The notes beneath the pieces are model-generated. The model was not told the DNA's origin, made no database searches, and was given only the letters and a program-made list of their open reading frames with translations. From Syntrophobacterales bacterium (GTDB lineage: Bacteria > Desulfobacterota > Syntrophia > Syntrophales > CAMTWB01), in contig JBBIRO010000009.1 in NCBI GenBank assembly GCA_037441775.1, forward strand, positions 5,892 to 69,891: a DNA stretch of 64,000 bases. The letters run 5' to 3'. Shown here one piece after another: positions 26,131 through 36,095 of this stretch; position 1 is the stretch's first letter, and each line of letters starts with the position of its first letter. The position numbers were made by a program, and so were the translations under genes.

Positions 26131-28750
26131 GATACGGGAGAGCTTTCTTAAATTTTTCGAGTTAAAGGGCCACACCAGGGTGGCGAGCTCTTCCCTGATA
26201 CCGAAAGACGATCCCACCCTTCTTTTTACCAATTCCGGAATGGTGCAGTTCAAAAACCTCTTTTTAGGGAAGGAAGACCGTGGCTTCAGCCGGGCGGTCA
26301 CGGTGCAGAAATCAGTACGTGCCGGCGGCAAGCACAACGACCTGGAAAATGTGGGAGTCACCGCCCGCCACCACACCTTTTTCGAGATGCTCGGCAACTT
26401 TTCCTTTGGTGATTACTTCAAAGAAGAGGCCATCGCCTGGGCCTGGGAATATCTGACGGAAGTACTAAAGCTTTCGCCGGACAAACTTTGGGTGACAATT
26501 TACAAGGATGACGAAGAGGCCTTCAATATCTGGCACCGCAAGATGGACATTCCGGTTGCGAGAATCATCCGCATGGGAGAGGAGAGCAACTTCTGGATGA
26601 TGGGCGATATCGGCCCCTGCGGCCCCTGCTCGGAGATTCTCTACGATCAGGGCGATGGCGTCGGTTGTGGCCTTGACAGCTGCGGAGCCGGCTGCGACTG
26701 TGATCGCTATCTGGAAATATGGAATCTGGTATTTACCCAGTTCGACCGTAATCAGGCGGGCCTGATGACCCCCCTGCCCAACCCGAATATCGACACCGGC
26801 ATGGGCTTAGAGAGACTGGCCGCGGTGTTGCAAGGGGTAAAAAGCAATTACGACTCCGATCTGTTTACGCCGATAATCGCCGTAATCGAGTCCATCGCGG
26901 GCAGAGGCTACCGTAAGGATATAAATGATGACATTTCCATCCGGGTAATCGCCGACCACAGCCGGGCGATTACCTTTTTAATCGGCGACGGCATCCTGCC
27001 CACCAACGAGGGGCGGGGCTATGTCTTGCGAAGAATCTTAAGAAGGGCCGCCCGCCATGGCAGAATGCTGGGACTGGCGAAACCGTTTCTTTACCGGGTG
27101 GCAGACCAGGTTATCAGTTGTCTGGCCGCAACCTACCCGGACCTTACCCATAAGGCCGACTTTATCGAGAAGGTCATCCAAAATGAGGAAGAGCGATTTT
27201 TGGAGACGCTCGACGGCGGGCTTAACATCCTGCAGGAGGAAATGCGGCGCCTGGCCGTCGCGGGAGAGAAGACGATTTCCGGCCCGCTGGTATTTAAACT
27301 CTACGACACCTTTGGATTTCCCGCCGACCTGACCGCGGACGTGGTCCGTCGTGAGGGGTTCGATATCGACAAAGACGGCTTCGACCAGGCGATGGCGCTC
27401 CAGCGGGAGAAATCCCGGGAATCCTGGAAGGGAAGCGGGGAGGCGGCGGTGGCGGAGCAATATCAGGAGCTGGCCCATGCCGGTATCCGTAGCATATTTT
27501 GCGGTTACGAGGGGACGACAGCCGGCCGCTCAGAAGTCATTGCCTTGATGAAAGACGGCCTGCTGCGGGAAGAACTTTTACCAGGCGAAGAGGGAGAAGT
27601 ATTTCTGGAAAAAACTCCCTTTTATGGTGAGATTGGCGGACAAAGTGGGGATGAGGGGATCATGACCAGTGCCGATTCCCTTTTTATGGTGGCCAATACC
27701 AAAAGACCCCTGGAGGAAATCATTTCCCATCTGGGACGGGTGGAAAAAGGGACCATCCGGGTGGGGGATATTCTCGATCTCCAGGTGGACCAGACACGCC
27801 GGCGGGCCATCGAAGCCAATCATTCCGCGACCCATCTCCTCCAGGCAGCCTTAAAATCGCTTTTGGGAAACCATGTGAAACAGTCGGGCTCGCTTGTTGC
27901 CGCCGATAGACTACGCTTTGATTTCACCCATTTCTCCAAAATCGAGGAAGCGGATATAAGGAAGCTAGAAGAGATGGTCAACGGTTTCATCAGAATGAAC
28001 CTGACCGTGGATACCGTTGTTATGCCGTTGGACGAGGCGGTCAAGACGGGGGCCACGGCTGTTTTTGATGAAAAATACGGCGACGAAGTCAGGGTGCTCC
28101 AGATGGGCGAGGTAAGCCGGGAGCTGTGCGGCGGAACTCATGTCCGACGAACAGGCGATATTGGCCTGTTTAAGATTCTCCATGAGTTCGCGATTGCCGC
28201 CGGCGTCCGCCGCATTGAGGCCGTAACCGGGGCGGCGGCGATTGGCTATTTGCAGGCCATTGAGGGAGAGTTGAAACACGCGGCGGAATTGCTAAAAACA
28301 CCCCTGGCGGAATTGGCGCAACGGGTGGAACGGCTCTTGAAACAGCAAAGGGATTTGGAGCGGGAGCTGGAAAAGTCTAAGGGCAGGCTGGCCGCGAAGG
28401 ACTCGGCAGATTTGGTAAATCAAGCCAGGGTCGTAAACGGCATCCGCGTCCTGGCGGTTCGGGTTGACATCCGGGAACCAAAAGAACTGCGGGATTTCGG
28501 CGACAAATTAAGAGACCGCCTCCAAAGCGGAATTATTCTCCTGGGCAGCGCCAATGGCGACAAGGCAAACCTGTTGTGTCTGGTTACGGCGGATTTGACC
28601 GGCCGTTATCAGGCCGGCCGGTTAATCCGGGAAATAGCGCCTTTAGTCGGCGGCAAGGGCGGCGGCCGGGATGAACTGGCCCAGGCCGGCGGGGTCCGCC
28701 CAGAGGGATTGGATGCGGCGCTGGAAAAAATCTTTGAGCTCGTCAAATAA
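26111..28750 (+). CDS. alaS: Alanine--tRNA ligase
   Basis: 879 aa. Contains FTNSGMVQFK, the class II core, editing-domain HSATHLL and CGGTHV, and a C-terminal DHHA1-like domain with GGKGGGR. Confidence 0.99.
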   Translation: MTMTGNEIRESFLKFFELKGHTRVASSSLIPKDDPTLLFTNSGMVQFKNLFLGKEDRGFSRAVTVQKSVRAGGKHNDLENVGVTARHHTFFEMLGNFSFGDYFKEEAIAWAWEYLTEVLKLSPDKLWVTIYKDDEEAFNIWHRKMDIPVARIIRMGEESNFWMMGDIGPCGPCSEILYDQGDGVGCGLDSCGAGCDCDRYLEIWNLVFTQFDRNQAGLMTPLPNPNIDTGMGLERLAAVLQGVKSNYDSDLFTPIIAVIESIAGRGYRKDINDDISIRVIADHSRAITFLIGDGILPTNEGRGYVLRRILRRAARHGRMLGLAKPFLYRVADQVISCLAATYPDLTHKADFIEKVIQNEEERFLETLDGGLNILQEEMRRLAVAGEKTISGPLVFKLYDTFGFPADLTADVVRREGFDIDKDGFDQAMALQREKSRESWKGSGEAAVAEQYQELAHAGIRSIFCGYEGTTAGRSEVIALMKDGLLREELLPGEEGEVFLEKTPFYGEIGGQSGDEGIMTSADSLFMVANTKRPLEEIISHLGRVEKGTIRVGDILDLQVDQTRRRAIEANHSATHLLQAALKSLLGNHVKQSGSLVAADRLRFDFTHFSKIEEADIRKLEEMVNGFIRMNLTVDTVVMPLDEAVKTGATAVFDEKYGDEVRVLQMGEVSRELCGGTHVRRTGDIGLFKILHEFAIAAGVRRIEAVTGAAAIGYLQAIEGELKHAAELLKTPLAELAQRVERLLKQQRDLERELEKSKGRLAAKDSADLVNQARVVNGIRVLAVRVDIREPKELRDFGDKLRDRLQSGIILLGSANGDKANLLCLVTADLTGRYQAGRLIREIAPLVGGKGGGRDELAQAGGVRPEGLDAALEKIFELVK

Positions 28751-28883
28751 AAATCAGCGCCGCCTCTTTCGTCAAACCGGGCGCAAATCATGACGACTTT
28801 TAAAAAGTTGTGAAACTTCGCGTTTTATCATCCCCGTCGAGCTTGTCGTTGCGTGAATGACGGCCGGATTTTTTGCGAGGCGG

Positions 28884-30239
28884 CTACTTGCCCTTCTTGC
28901 GGAAGATAACACGAACCGGCACCTGATCAAAAGAAAAGGTCTCCCTGATCTGGTTCACCAGGAAGCGTTCGTAGGAAAAGTGAATCCCCTGGGGATCGCG
29001 CACGAAAAAAACGAAGGTGGGCGGTTTGATTGCGGCCTGTGTTACATAGGCAATGGATTGCTCCCGTCCGAGAGAGCGTGGCGGGGCGTGGCGGGAGAGG
29101 ATTTCGGTCATTCCCCTGTTCACTTCAGCGGTGCTTATCCGCTTGGTATATTGGCCGTAAACCAGGTCCACCTGATCAAATATCTTTGTTACCCGCTGGC
29201 CGCTTAAGGCGGAGATAAAGACAATGGGGGCGTAGTCCATAAATTTGATCTTGTTCCTGATTGCCTCAACATATCTGCCAACCGTATAATTGTCCTTCTC
29301 GATCAGATCCCACTTGTTGACCACCACCACTGCCGCCCTGCCGCTTTCATAGGCCAGCCCCGCTATTTTTGCGTCCTGCTCGGTCATCCCCTCCTGGGCA
29401 TCTATTACCAACAGCGCCACGTGCGACCGTTCCATAGTCTTGATGGCCTGCATTACCGAATACTTTTCCAGTTGCAGCGAAATCCGGCTCTTCCTTCTGA
29501 TTCCGGCGGTGTCCACCAGGAGATAATTTTTATCCCCAAGGGAAAAAGGCGTATCAATTGCGTCCACGGTAGTTCCCGGTACGGGATTTACAATAGTCCT
29601 GGCATAGCCCAGAATCCTGTTTACCAAAGAGGATTTGCCCACGTTGGGCTTGCCGATGATCGCAATCCTTACCCGCTCATCTTCTCGGTCATCGCCATCC
29701 GTAGCCGGCACCAGATACTCGGCCACGCCGTCCATCAGCTCATCTATCCCCCGGCCATGCTGCGAGGAGATGGAATAGATCTTAGCTACACCCAACCGGA
29801 AAAAGTCAGGAACCGCATCCTCACTATTGGGACCGTCAACCTTGTTTACGACATAAAAAACCGGTTTGGCAAGCCGCCTTAAAAGGTCTGCCAGCTCCAG
29901 ATCCGCCGCCATCAGGCCGGCGCGCCCATCCATGAGAAAAATAATTATATCCGCCTCTTCCATGGCCAAAGTGGTCTGTTCGCGCATCTGGATCATTATC
30001 TCTTCCGTCGCGGCCGGCTCGAACCCGCCGGTATCAACGATCACAAACGGCAGGTCATACCAGTGGCCGGGGGCGTAGTTGCGATCTCTCGTTACTCCCG
30101 ATTGATCAATGATAATGGCCTTTTTCCTTTCTGCCAGGCGGTTGAACAGAGTGGATTTGCCGACATTGGGACGACCAATAATGGCGATCAAACGCCGGTG
30201 GCCGGATCGGGTTGTCGTCTGATCTGAAGTTTTAATCAT
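28884..30239 (-). CDS. der: Ribosome-biogenesis GTPase Der (EngA), two tandem G domains plus KH-like domain
   Basis: The track ORF runs to 30434. I prefer ATG 30239 (MIKTSDQ..). GRPNVGKSTLFN and GKPNVGKSSLVN are the two P-loops, with DTGG and DTAG as the G3 motifs. Confidence 0.97.
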   Translation of the reverse strand: MIKTSDQTTTRSGHRRLIAIIGRPNVGKSTLFNRLAERKKAIIIDQSGVTRDRNYAPGHWYDLPFVIVDTGGFEPAATEEIMIQMREQTTLAMEEADIIIFLMDGRAGLMAADLELADLLRRLAKPVFYVVNKVDGPNSEDAVPDFFRLGVAKIYSISSQHGRGIDELMDGVAEYLVPATDGDDREDERVRIAIIGKPNVGKSSLVNRILGYARTIVNPVPGTTVDAIDTPFSLGDKNYLLVDTAGIRRKSRISLQLEKYSVMQAIKTMERSHVALLVIDAQEGMTEQDAKIAGLAYESGRAAVVVVNKWDLIEKDNYTVGRYVEAIRNKIKFMDYAPIVFISALSGQRVTKIFDQVDLVYGQYTKRISTAEVNRGMTEILSRHAPPRSLGREQSIAYVTQAAIKPPTFVFFVRDPQGIHFSYERFLVNQIRETFSFDQVPVRVIFRKKGK

Positions 30240-30285
30240 TGGTTTTTTCCTTTTAAAGACGGAGGACTTCGTCCCCCCGGGCATT

Positions 30286-32133
30286 TTATGGAAAACCAAG
30301 GGACTCGGTAAAGGCGGCGGTAAAATCCGGATCGCTGCCCAATTCCAAAAACCGCGTCCGCCGTGCCGTCCTTTGTGCGTCGGCCCTCTTCCGGCGATCC
30401 AGAAGAGCCATAACGGCGCCCAGACCAGCCGCATTTTCCACCACCCTTATTTTCGTTTTCGCTGCCGGCGCCGGCAGCATTCCGATGGCCACCGCGTTTC
30501 GCCAATTAAACCGGGCGCCAAATGCCCCGGTTAAAATGATTTTCCTGGGCTGTTCTTTTCCCGTTTTCTCCCGGAGGATCCTGATCCCGGCGGCCAGGGC
30601 CGCTTTGGCCAACTGAATCTGCCTGATGTCGTCTAAGGTTATCGCGATACCCCTCTGGCCAGGCCCTTCGCCGGCGGAAACCAGGTTAAAGGCGCGGCCG
30701 ACCCCGGTCTCATCGGAGAAAACGCCGGGAACCCCTTCCTTGATCCGGCCGCAGGCCTGTAAAACATCCGCCCGGAGCATCTCCGCCAGAGCATCGATAA
30801 TTCCGGAGCCGCAAATCCCCTGCGGCGTTTCCCCCCCGATCGTCCGGCAGACGACCCGTAAATCGCCCGGGTTGATGCTTACCTGGTCAATCGCTCCCGC
30901 CACTGCCGACATGCCGGATGAAATATGGGCGCCCTCCAGGGCGGGGCCGCTGGCGCAGCTAGTCGCCCAGAGGGCATCTCGGTTTCCCATTACCAGTTCG
31001 CCATTGGTGCCGATATCGATCAACAGCGCAAGTTCGCGCTGTTTTGCCAGACCCTGGGAAAGAATCGCCGCCACCGTATCGCCGCCGACAAAACCGGAGA
31101 TAACGGGAAAGACGTGGACATTGGTTGCCGCCGGTAAATTCAGCCCCAGATCGGCCGCCCGCATATCCAGCGAAAAAGCCGCCACCGGCAGATACGGCCA
31201 GCGGCCTAAAGAACGGGGATGCAGCCCCGTGAAGATATGCTGCATGGTGGTATTGCCCACCGCCACGACCTCATCGACATCGTCGCGGCAGGCGTGGGCT
31301 ATTTCCATGCAGCCGCTGATGAGGCTGTTGATTTGGGTCACCACCAGCCCTTGCAGAGTGGCAAGGCCATCCTCCCGTTCATTGATGTAACTAATCCGGC
31401 TGACCACATCGGCGCCGTGGCGTCCCTGGGGATTGCCTGCGGCGCGGGAAGCAATGATCTTGCCCCGCCGCAGATCCACCAGATAGGCCGCAACGGTGGT
31501 GGTTCCAATATCCAGCGCAACACCGAGCGACCTGGGCCTCCGGCCGGGCATTACCGCCGTCACGCCTTTTACCCGGTGCTGCACCAGGGTACAGTCGGCC
31601 TCCGGAAAATCCATCCGGGAAATATCGACCAGGGCCTGTGCTTCGGTTATTTGCGGTGTTATTTGGCCGCAATCCGGCCCATTGGGCGTAAGGCAGGAGA
31701 CAATATCCCTCGCCATCTCCCCGGTATGCTCCGCATCCCTCCGGACCGAGAAAAAAAAACGTTCCACCAGGGGGGCAACCGGAAAGGTGCCCCTTAAGTT
31801 CTCCTTGGCCGGGCTCAACATGGCCTGCGGGTCAGGAATCTCAACGGTTACGTCGCCCCTGATCCGGGCCTGGCAGGCCAGGCGCAGGCCTCGCACTGTC
31901 CCTTCTTCCCCCAGCCGTCGCCTTTCTTCCCCGGTGGGAGGAGAAAGGTGTTCCTGAGGGACGGCCTTAACGACGCATTTCCCGCAGGTTCCCCTTCCGC
32001 CACAATCCGCCGCCAGCCCTGCGGAACCTAGCACCTCCAGGATGGTTTCGCCGCCCCGGGCCGGATATTGCTGTCCCGCCGCTTGCAGCAGCAGGGTTTT
32101 TGCTCCGGATATATTTGCGTCATCTTCAGCCAT
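30286..32133 (-). CDS. DUF4445/ASKHA-fold protein with an N-terminal plant-type [2Fe-2S] ferredoxin domain (RACo-like reductive activator of corrinoid proteins)
   Basis: 615 aa. CGGRGTCGKC ... LACQ is the 2Fe-2S motif. DIGTTTVAAYLVD and DIGTNGELV are actin-fold phosphate motifs. The architecture equals that of the corrinoid activation/regeneration family. Confidence 0.8.
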   Translation of the reverse strand: MAEDDANISGAKTLLLQAAGQQYPARGGETILEVLGSAGLAADCGGRGTCGKCVVKAVPQEHLSPPTGEERRRLGEEGTVRGLRLACQARIRGDVTVEIPDPQAMLSPAKENLRGTFPVAPLVERFFFSVRRDAEHTGEMARDIVSCLTPNGPDCGQITPQITEAQALVDISRMDFPEADCTLVQHRVKGVTAVMPGRRPRSLGVALDIGTTTVAAYLVDLRRGKIIASRAAGNPQGRHGADVVSRISYINEREDGLATLQGLVVTQINSLISGCMEIAHACRDDVDEVVAVGNTTMQHIFTGLHPRSLGRWPYLPVAAFSLDMRAADLGLNLPAATNVHVFPVISGFVGGDTVAAILSQGLAKQRELALLIDIGTNGELVMGNRDALWATSCASGPALEGAHISSGMSAVAGAIDQVSINPGDLRVVCRTIGGETPQGICGSGIIDALAEMLRADVLQACGRIKEGVPGVFSDETGVGRAFNLVSAGEGPGQRGIAITLDDIRQIQLAKAALAAGIRILREKTGKEQPRKIILTGAFGARFNWRNAVAIGMLPAPAAKTKIRVVENAAGLGAVMALLDRRKRADAQRTARRTRFLELGSDPDFTAAFTESLGFP

Positions 32134-32159
32134 ATACGTTCTGAGGCGGTATCGCCTGG

Positions 32160-33053
32160 CTATTCGTATCCCAGGTCTCTAATTTCCCTTTTGTTTTTAC
32201 TCCAGTCCTTTCTGACTCGAACAAAAAGCTCCAGGAATATTTTGGCCGCGAAGAATTCCTCAAGCTCCAGGCGGGCCCGACGGCCGATCTCCTTTAACAT
32301 GGCGCCCCGCTTCCCGATAATGATACCCTTCTGGGAATCCTTTTCCACATTTATTGTTGCGGCGATGCGGATGAAATTACGTTCCTCGTCTTCCTTGAAG
32401 AGCTCCACCACCACCGCCGTAGCATAGGGGACCTCCTGATGGGTTAGAAGCATGATCTTCTCCCGGATGATTTCGGAGGCAAGAAAGCGCTCCGTCTGGT
32501 CGGTAAAGAGGTCATCCGGAAAGAGCGGAGGGCCCTCCGGCAATAGTGACCAGATTTCCCGGTACAGCTCGGCTATGCCTTCGCCATTTACGGCGCTGAG
32601 CGGAAGAATAGCGATAAACGGCAAGAGGTGGCGCGCCTCATCAATCAGGGGCAGAAGAGTCGCTTTGGCCACCAGATCAATCTTGTTAATGACCAGGATC
32701 ACCGGGTGGCTGCCATCCTTCAGGGATTCAGCTATTGCCCGGTCCTGCCTTATGATTCCCGCTTGTGCGTCAAGCATGAACACCAGCAGGTCCACTCCCT
32801 GGATGGTTTCCTGGACCTCCTCCAGCATTTTTTCGCCGAGCGCCGTCTGGGGCCGGTGAATCCCCGGGGTATCGACAAAAATGAACTGACCCGCCAGTGG
32901 CTGCGGCATGTTTTTGATCCCGGTGATCCGGTTTCTGGTCGTCTGCGGTTTGTGGGTCGTAATCGCGATCTTCTCGCCGACCAGACGGTTGATCAGCGTG
33001 GATTTTCCAACATTGGGGCGACCGATGATGCCGATGAATCCTGTTTTGAACAT
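32160..33053 (-). CDS. era: GTPase Era
   Basis: The track ORF runs to 33113. I prefer ATG 33053 (MFKTGFIGIIGRPNVGKSTLIN). G motifs DTPG and NKID are present, followed by a C-terminal KH domain. Confidence 0.97.
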   Translation of the reverse strand: MFKTGFIGIIGRPNVGKSTLINRLVGEKIAITTHKPQTTRNRITGIKNMPQPLAGQFIFVDTPGIHRPQTALGEKMLEEVQETIQGVDLLVFMLDAQAGIIRQDRAIAESLKDGSHPVILVINKIDLVAKATLLPLIDEARHLLPFIAILPLSAVNGEGIAELYREIWSLLPEGPPLFPDDLFTDQTERFLASEIIREKIMLLTHQEVPYATAVVVELFKEDEERNFIRIAATINVEKDSQKGIIIGKRGAMLKEIGRRARLELEEFFAAKIFLELFVRVRKDWSKNKREIRDLGYE

Positions 33054-33069
33054 TGATGACCTATCTTTC

Positions 33070-34041
33070 TTATGACGAATGCCGCCGATAGATGTTTTCC
33101 GGGACTCCATCACGAAAGATCAGTCCCGCTTCCTCCAGATACCTCAGGTGGGCGATTGCCTCGCCTAAGGCAAACCACTTCTGGGCCAGGGGGAAGTCAC
33201 CCCAGGAATCACATACAATGTCCCAGGTCATCTGCGCTGCCACCTGATAGGCGCTTCCGGGCTTTTTGGTCAGAATGGCCAGTATCTCGTCCAGCCGCGC
33301 CTGATGATGTATCTTGAGTTCCTCGATTCTTCGCCGGTGGTCATTGAAGAGTCGCCGATGCCCGGGTAAAACCCGATCTATCTCCAAGGCGCAAACCTTG
33401 TCCAGGCTCGCGAGGTAACTCTTTAAAGGGTTTTCCCGATCGGACCAGCATTGGATGTTCGGGGTAATGTCGCCGAGCAGATGATCGCCCGCCACCAGAA
33501 TCTTTTCGCCGGGCTCGTAGAGGCAGATATGACCCGGCGTATGACCCGGTGTTTCCACGCAACGGAAACTGTACCTGCCAACCTCGATCAGATCGCCCTC
33601 TTTGAGGATCGACAGTTCCGGCACCCACTGGGAGCTGAACTTGTAACCCGGATGGCTGCTTAAGGCCGTCTCCAGTTCTTCCCTGGGGAAGCCGCTTTTG
33701 GCCGCGTAGTCGAGCATCGCGCCCCATCCGGACCAGGATTCAATGATTTCCGAATCGGGCCGGTTGAACAGCGCTTGCGACGAATCGGTCACCAGTTTTC
33801 CCACCAGTCCGAAATGATCCGCGTGCAGGTGCGTAATGAAAAAATCCGTTTTTCCGCGGTCAATGGCTAAATCATCCAGGGAAGCCATCATCACCTGGAG
33901 GCATTCCTTACGATTTAGTCCGGTATCGATAACCAGGTTTCTGTCCGTGCCCCGAACGATATAGGAATTAAGGCTTTTCAGGGGGCTGTCCGGCAGGGGG
34001 ATTTCAACGCGGAAAAAATCGGTTAACAACTCTTCAATCAT
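33070..34041 (-). CDS. MBL-fold metallo-hydrolase with a C-terminal winged-helix-like tail
   Basis: 323 aa. Contains the THLHADHFG (H-x-H-x-D-H) motif and later conserved His and Asp residues (TPGHTPGH, AGDH). Confidence 0.85.
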   Translation of the reverse strand: MIEELLTDFFRVEIPLPDSPLKSLNSYIVRGTDRNLVIDTGLNRKECLQVMMASLDDLAIDRGKTDFFITHLHADHFGLVGKLVTDSSQALFNRPDSEIIESWSGWGAMLDYAAKSGFPREELETALSSHPGYKFSSQWVPELSILKEGDLIEVGRYSFRCVETPGHTPGHICLYEPGEKILVAGDHLLGDITPNIQCWSDRENPLKSYLASLDKVCALEIDRVLPGHRRLFNDHRRRIEELKIHHQARLDEILAILTKKPGSAYQVAAQMTWDIVCDSWGDFPLAQKWFALGEAIAHLRYLEEAGLIFRDGVPENIYRRHSS

Positions 34042-34112
34042 CCTGGCTCCTTCTCCTTATGAACTCTTATGAGTCAGCGGCTTACAAAGCGGCATATGAA
34101 ACGAGGCAACCA

Positions 34113-35255
34113 TTACATGACGAATGCCATGCTGTCCATAGTGATTTTCCGGGAAGCATTATTTGCTTTCAAGATGAGTTCTCCCCTCTCCAATGAATCC
34201 AGTGTCTTGACCTCGATTTGGGCCATCGCGAATCGCTCCATCAATCTCAGGATGTTCCCTCGTCGGTGGCCGATGAAGTTCGACTTATCCCTCGGCGCAA
34301 CAAAAAATTCGGCGCCGCCGACGGTGGGTTCCCCCGCGGCCAGCAATTTGGCCGCCATGTCGAAAAAAAGCGATTCCTCCACCCGGGCGCGCATCGCCGG
34401 ATGATAATAACCGGCGATGATTACCCCCGGCTCGCCAAGTTCTTCCGTCGCCTGGATGCCCAGCCGGGCCACCGGGATGCGGGCGGCGGCAAAAAGGGTC
34501 AGGGCTGCCCTCCCCGCCCAGATGGCTTCCTCTTGCGTAAGGGGCTGATATTCTCCCCGGTAAAATGATTCCGCAAGCGGGGTGTGCGCCAAAACCAGCG
34601 TGGGATGCACCCTTACCAAGTCAGGCTGAAGCGCAATGGTCTTTCGCACCGAAGCCACAAACCCTTCCCGGCTGTCCCCGGGCAGGCCCGCCATCAGGTG
34701 GATGCCGGTTGCCACCCCCCGTTCCTTGAGGCGCGCGATGGCCGAAACCACATCGTCCGCCGTATGGCCGCGCCCCGCCTTGATCAGCACCTCGTCGCAC
34801 AGCGACTGGGCACCTATTTCCACCGTTTTGACCTGATATTCTTCCAGGAGTTCCAGTTCTTCCTTACACAGGCAGTCCGGCCGGGTGGAAATCCGCACGG
34901 CGTCAATCAGACCCTGCCGGCGAAGGCTCTGCGCCACCGCCAGCAGTTCGATCTGATAAGCCCGCTCAAGGGCGGTAAAACTGCCGCCGTAAAAGGCAAG
35001 CTCTACCTGCTTTGGCCTTTGGCGGGGGTAAGTCAAATAGGTCCTGACCGTTTTGGCGATTGATTCCGGATCGACCCGGCCTTTTTGACGCCCCACCAGC
35101 GATTTGAAGCGGCAAAAGACGCAACCGCCGGGACAGGCCTCATTGACTACAAAGATCGGAACAATAAATTTACGGGACAAGGAGCTTCTCCGTTTGTTTA
35201 CCCGGTGGGCGGGGCGGATCAAATCCATTTGGGTTGGACCTGGACCAAGGACCAT
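34113..35255 (-). CDS. Radical SAM protein (Elp3-type radical SAM domain; function unknown)
   Basis: Cluster motif CPGGCVFC (C-x3-C-x2-C) preceded by IVPIFVVNE, plus an Elp3/HemN-like TIM barrel. The start is uncertain: ATG 35255, ATG 35228, or TTG 35180. TTG 35180 has the best RBS (GGAG 7 nt upstream) and gives MSRKFIVPIF.. Confidence 0.8.
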   Translation of the reverse strand: MVLGPGPTQMDLIRPAHRVNKRRSSLSRKFIVPIFVVNEACPGGCVFCRFKSLVGRQKGRVDPESIAKTVRTYLTYPRQRPKQVELAFYGGSFTALERAYQIELLAVAQSLRRQGLIDAVRISTRPDCLCKEELELLEEYQVKTVEIGAQSLCDEVLIKAGRGHTADDVVSAIARLKERGVATGIHLMAGLPGDSREGFVASVRKTIALQPDLVRVHPTLVLAHTPLAESFYRGEYQPLTQEEAIWAGRAALTLFAAARIPVARLGIQATEELGEPGVIIAGYYHPAMRARVEESLFFDMAAKLLAAGEPTVGGAEFFVAPRDKSNFIGHRRGNILRLMERFAMAQIEVKTLDSLERGELILKANNASRKITMDSMAFVM

Positions 35256-35375
35256 TTGTATTTGAGTTTTTCAGCCTCATCGCGGCAAACTTAATGAAAG
35301 TGTGCGGTTTCGTGGGAAAGGAGTCCTTTGCTCATCTCTGCAGGGTGTCTAAGCGCTATTTTCTTTTGTCCCGGG

Positions 35376-36095
35376 CTAACCCTCTTTCCGCGCCTCCAGT
35401 TCCTTCAAGGCGATTCCGGCGGCGATCCGCTCCGCTTCCTTCTTGCTGGAGCCGCTCCCTTCGGCCAGTGGCCTGCCATTGACGGTGATGCTCACCCGGT
35501 AAGTTTTGGCGTGATCCGGGCCGTACTCGTCAATCAGGGCATAGGCGGGGACATCATTGAACAGGATATGACATAGTTCCTGCAGGGCGCTTTTGGGGTC
35601 GCCGTTGAGAAAAGTCTCTCCGCATTCGATAAGCGGGCTGAAGAGCGATCCAACTATTTCAAGCGCCCGCTCAAAACCGGCATCCAGATATATCGCCGCG
35701 ATGAGCGCCTCCAGGCTGTTGGCCAGCACCGAGTTCTTTCCTCTTCCGCCGGTCGTCTCTTCGCCTTTTCCTAAGCGCAGATAATAGCCAAGATTGAGTT
35801 GTCCGGCCAATTCGGCAAGGTTGCGGTCGCTGACCAGGGAGGATCGCACCTTGCTCATCTTCCCCTCCTTATAGGTGGGGAATTGCTTCATTAAAATGGT
35901 GGCGATGCTCAAATCGAGGACTGAATCCCCAAGAAACTCCAGCCGCTCATTATCTTGCGCTGTCTCGCCGGGAAACTCATTAATGAACGAGCTGTGGGTC
36001 AGGGCCTGCCGCAGCAGGGTCTTGTCTTGGAACCGGTAGCCCAGCGCCAGCTCCAACGCCGCCATTTCCGTTTCGTCATCATTGATTTGATTCAT
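35376..36095 (-). CDS. rnc: Ribonuclease III
   Basis: ATG 36095 forms an ATGA overlap with the mtaB stop. It carries the RNase III signature ERLEFLGDSVL and a C-terminal dsRBD (KTYRVSITVNGRPLAEGSGSSKKEAE). Confidence 0.95.
   Translation of the reverse strand: MNQINDDETEMAALELALGYRFQDKTLLRQALTHSSFINEFPGETAQDNERLEFLGDSVLDLSIATILMKQFPTYKEGKMSKVRSSLVSDRNLAELAGQLNLGYYLRLGKGEETTGGRGKNSVLANSLEALIAAIYLDAGFERALEIVGSLFSPLIECGETFLNGDPKSALQELCHILFNDVPAYALIDEYGPDHAKTYRVSITVNGRPLAEGSGSSKKEAERIAAGIALKELEARKEG

Noticed and set aside
28884-30434. N-terminal extensions in the track ORFs for der (to 30434), era (to 33113), gspD (to 21105), gspG (to 15600), purH (from 54139), thpR (from 23927) and the MBL gene (from 37449)
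   Set aside because: The extensions lack homology-like sequence, overlap upstream genes, and in each case an internal ATG with an RBS or an ATGA/TAATG coupling reproduces the canonical N-terminus.
30626-31797. Plus-strand ORFs of 254 aa and 192 aa
   Set aside because: They are antisense to the DUF4445 gene and their translations are Ser/Pro/Arg/Ala-rich. The minus-strand frame has the 2Fe-2S and ASKHA motifs.
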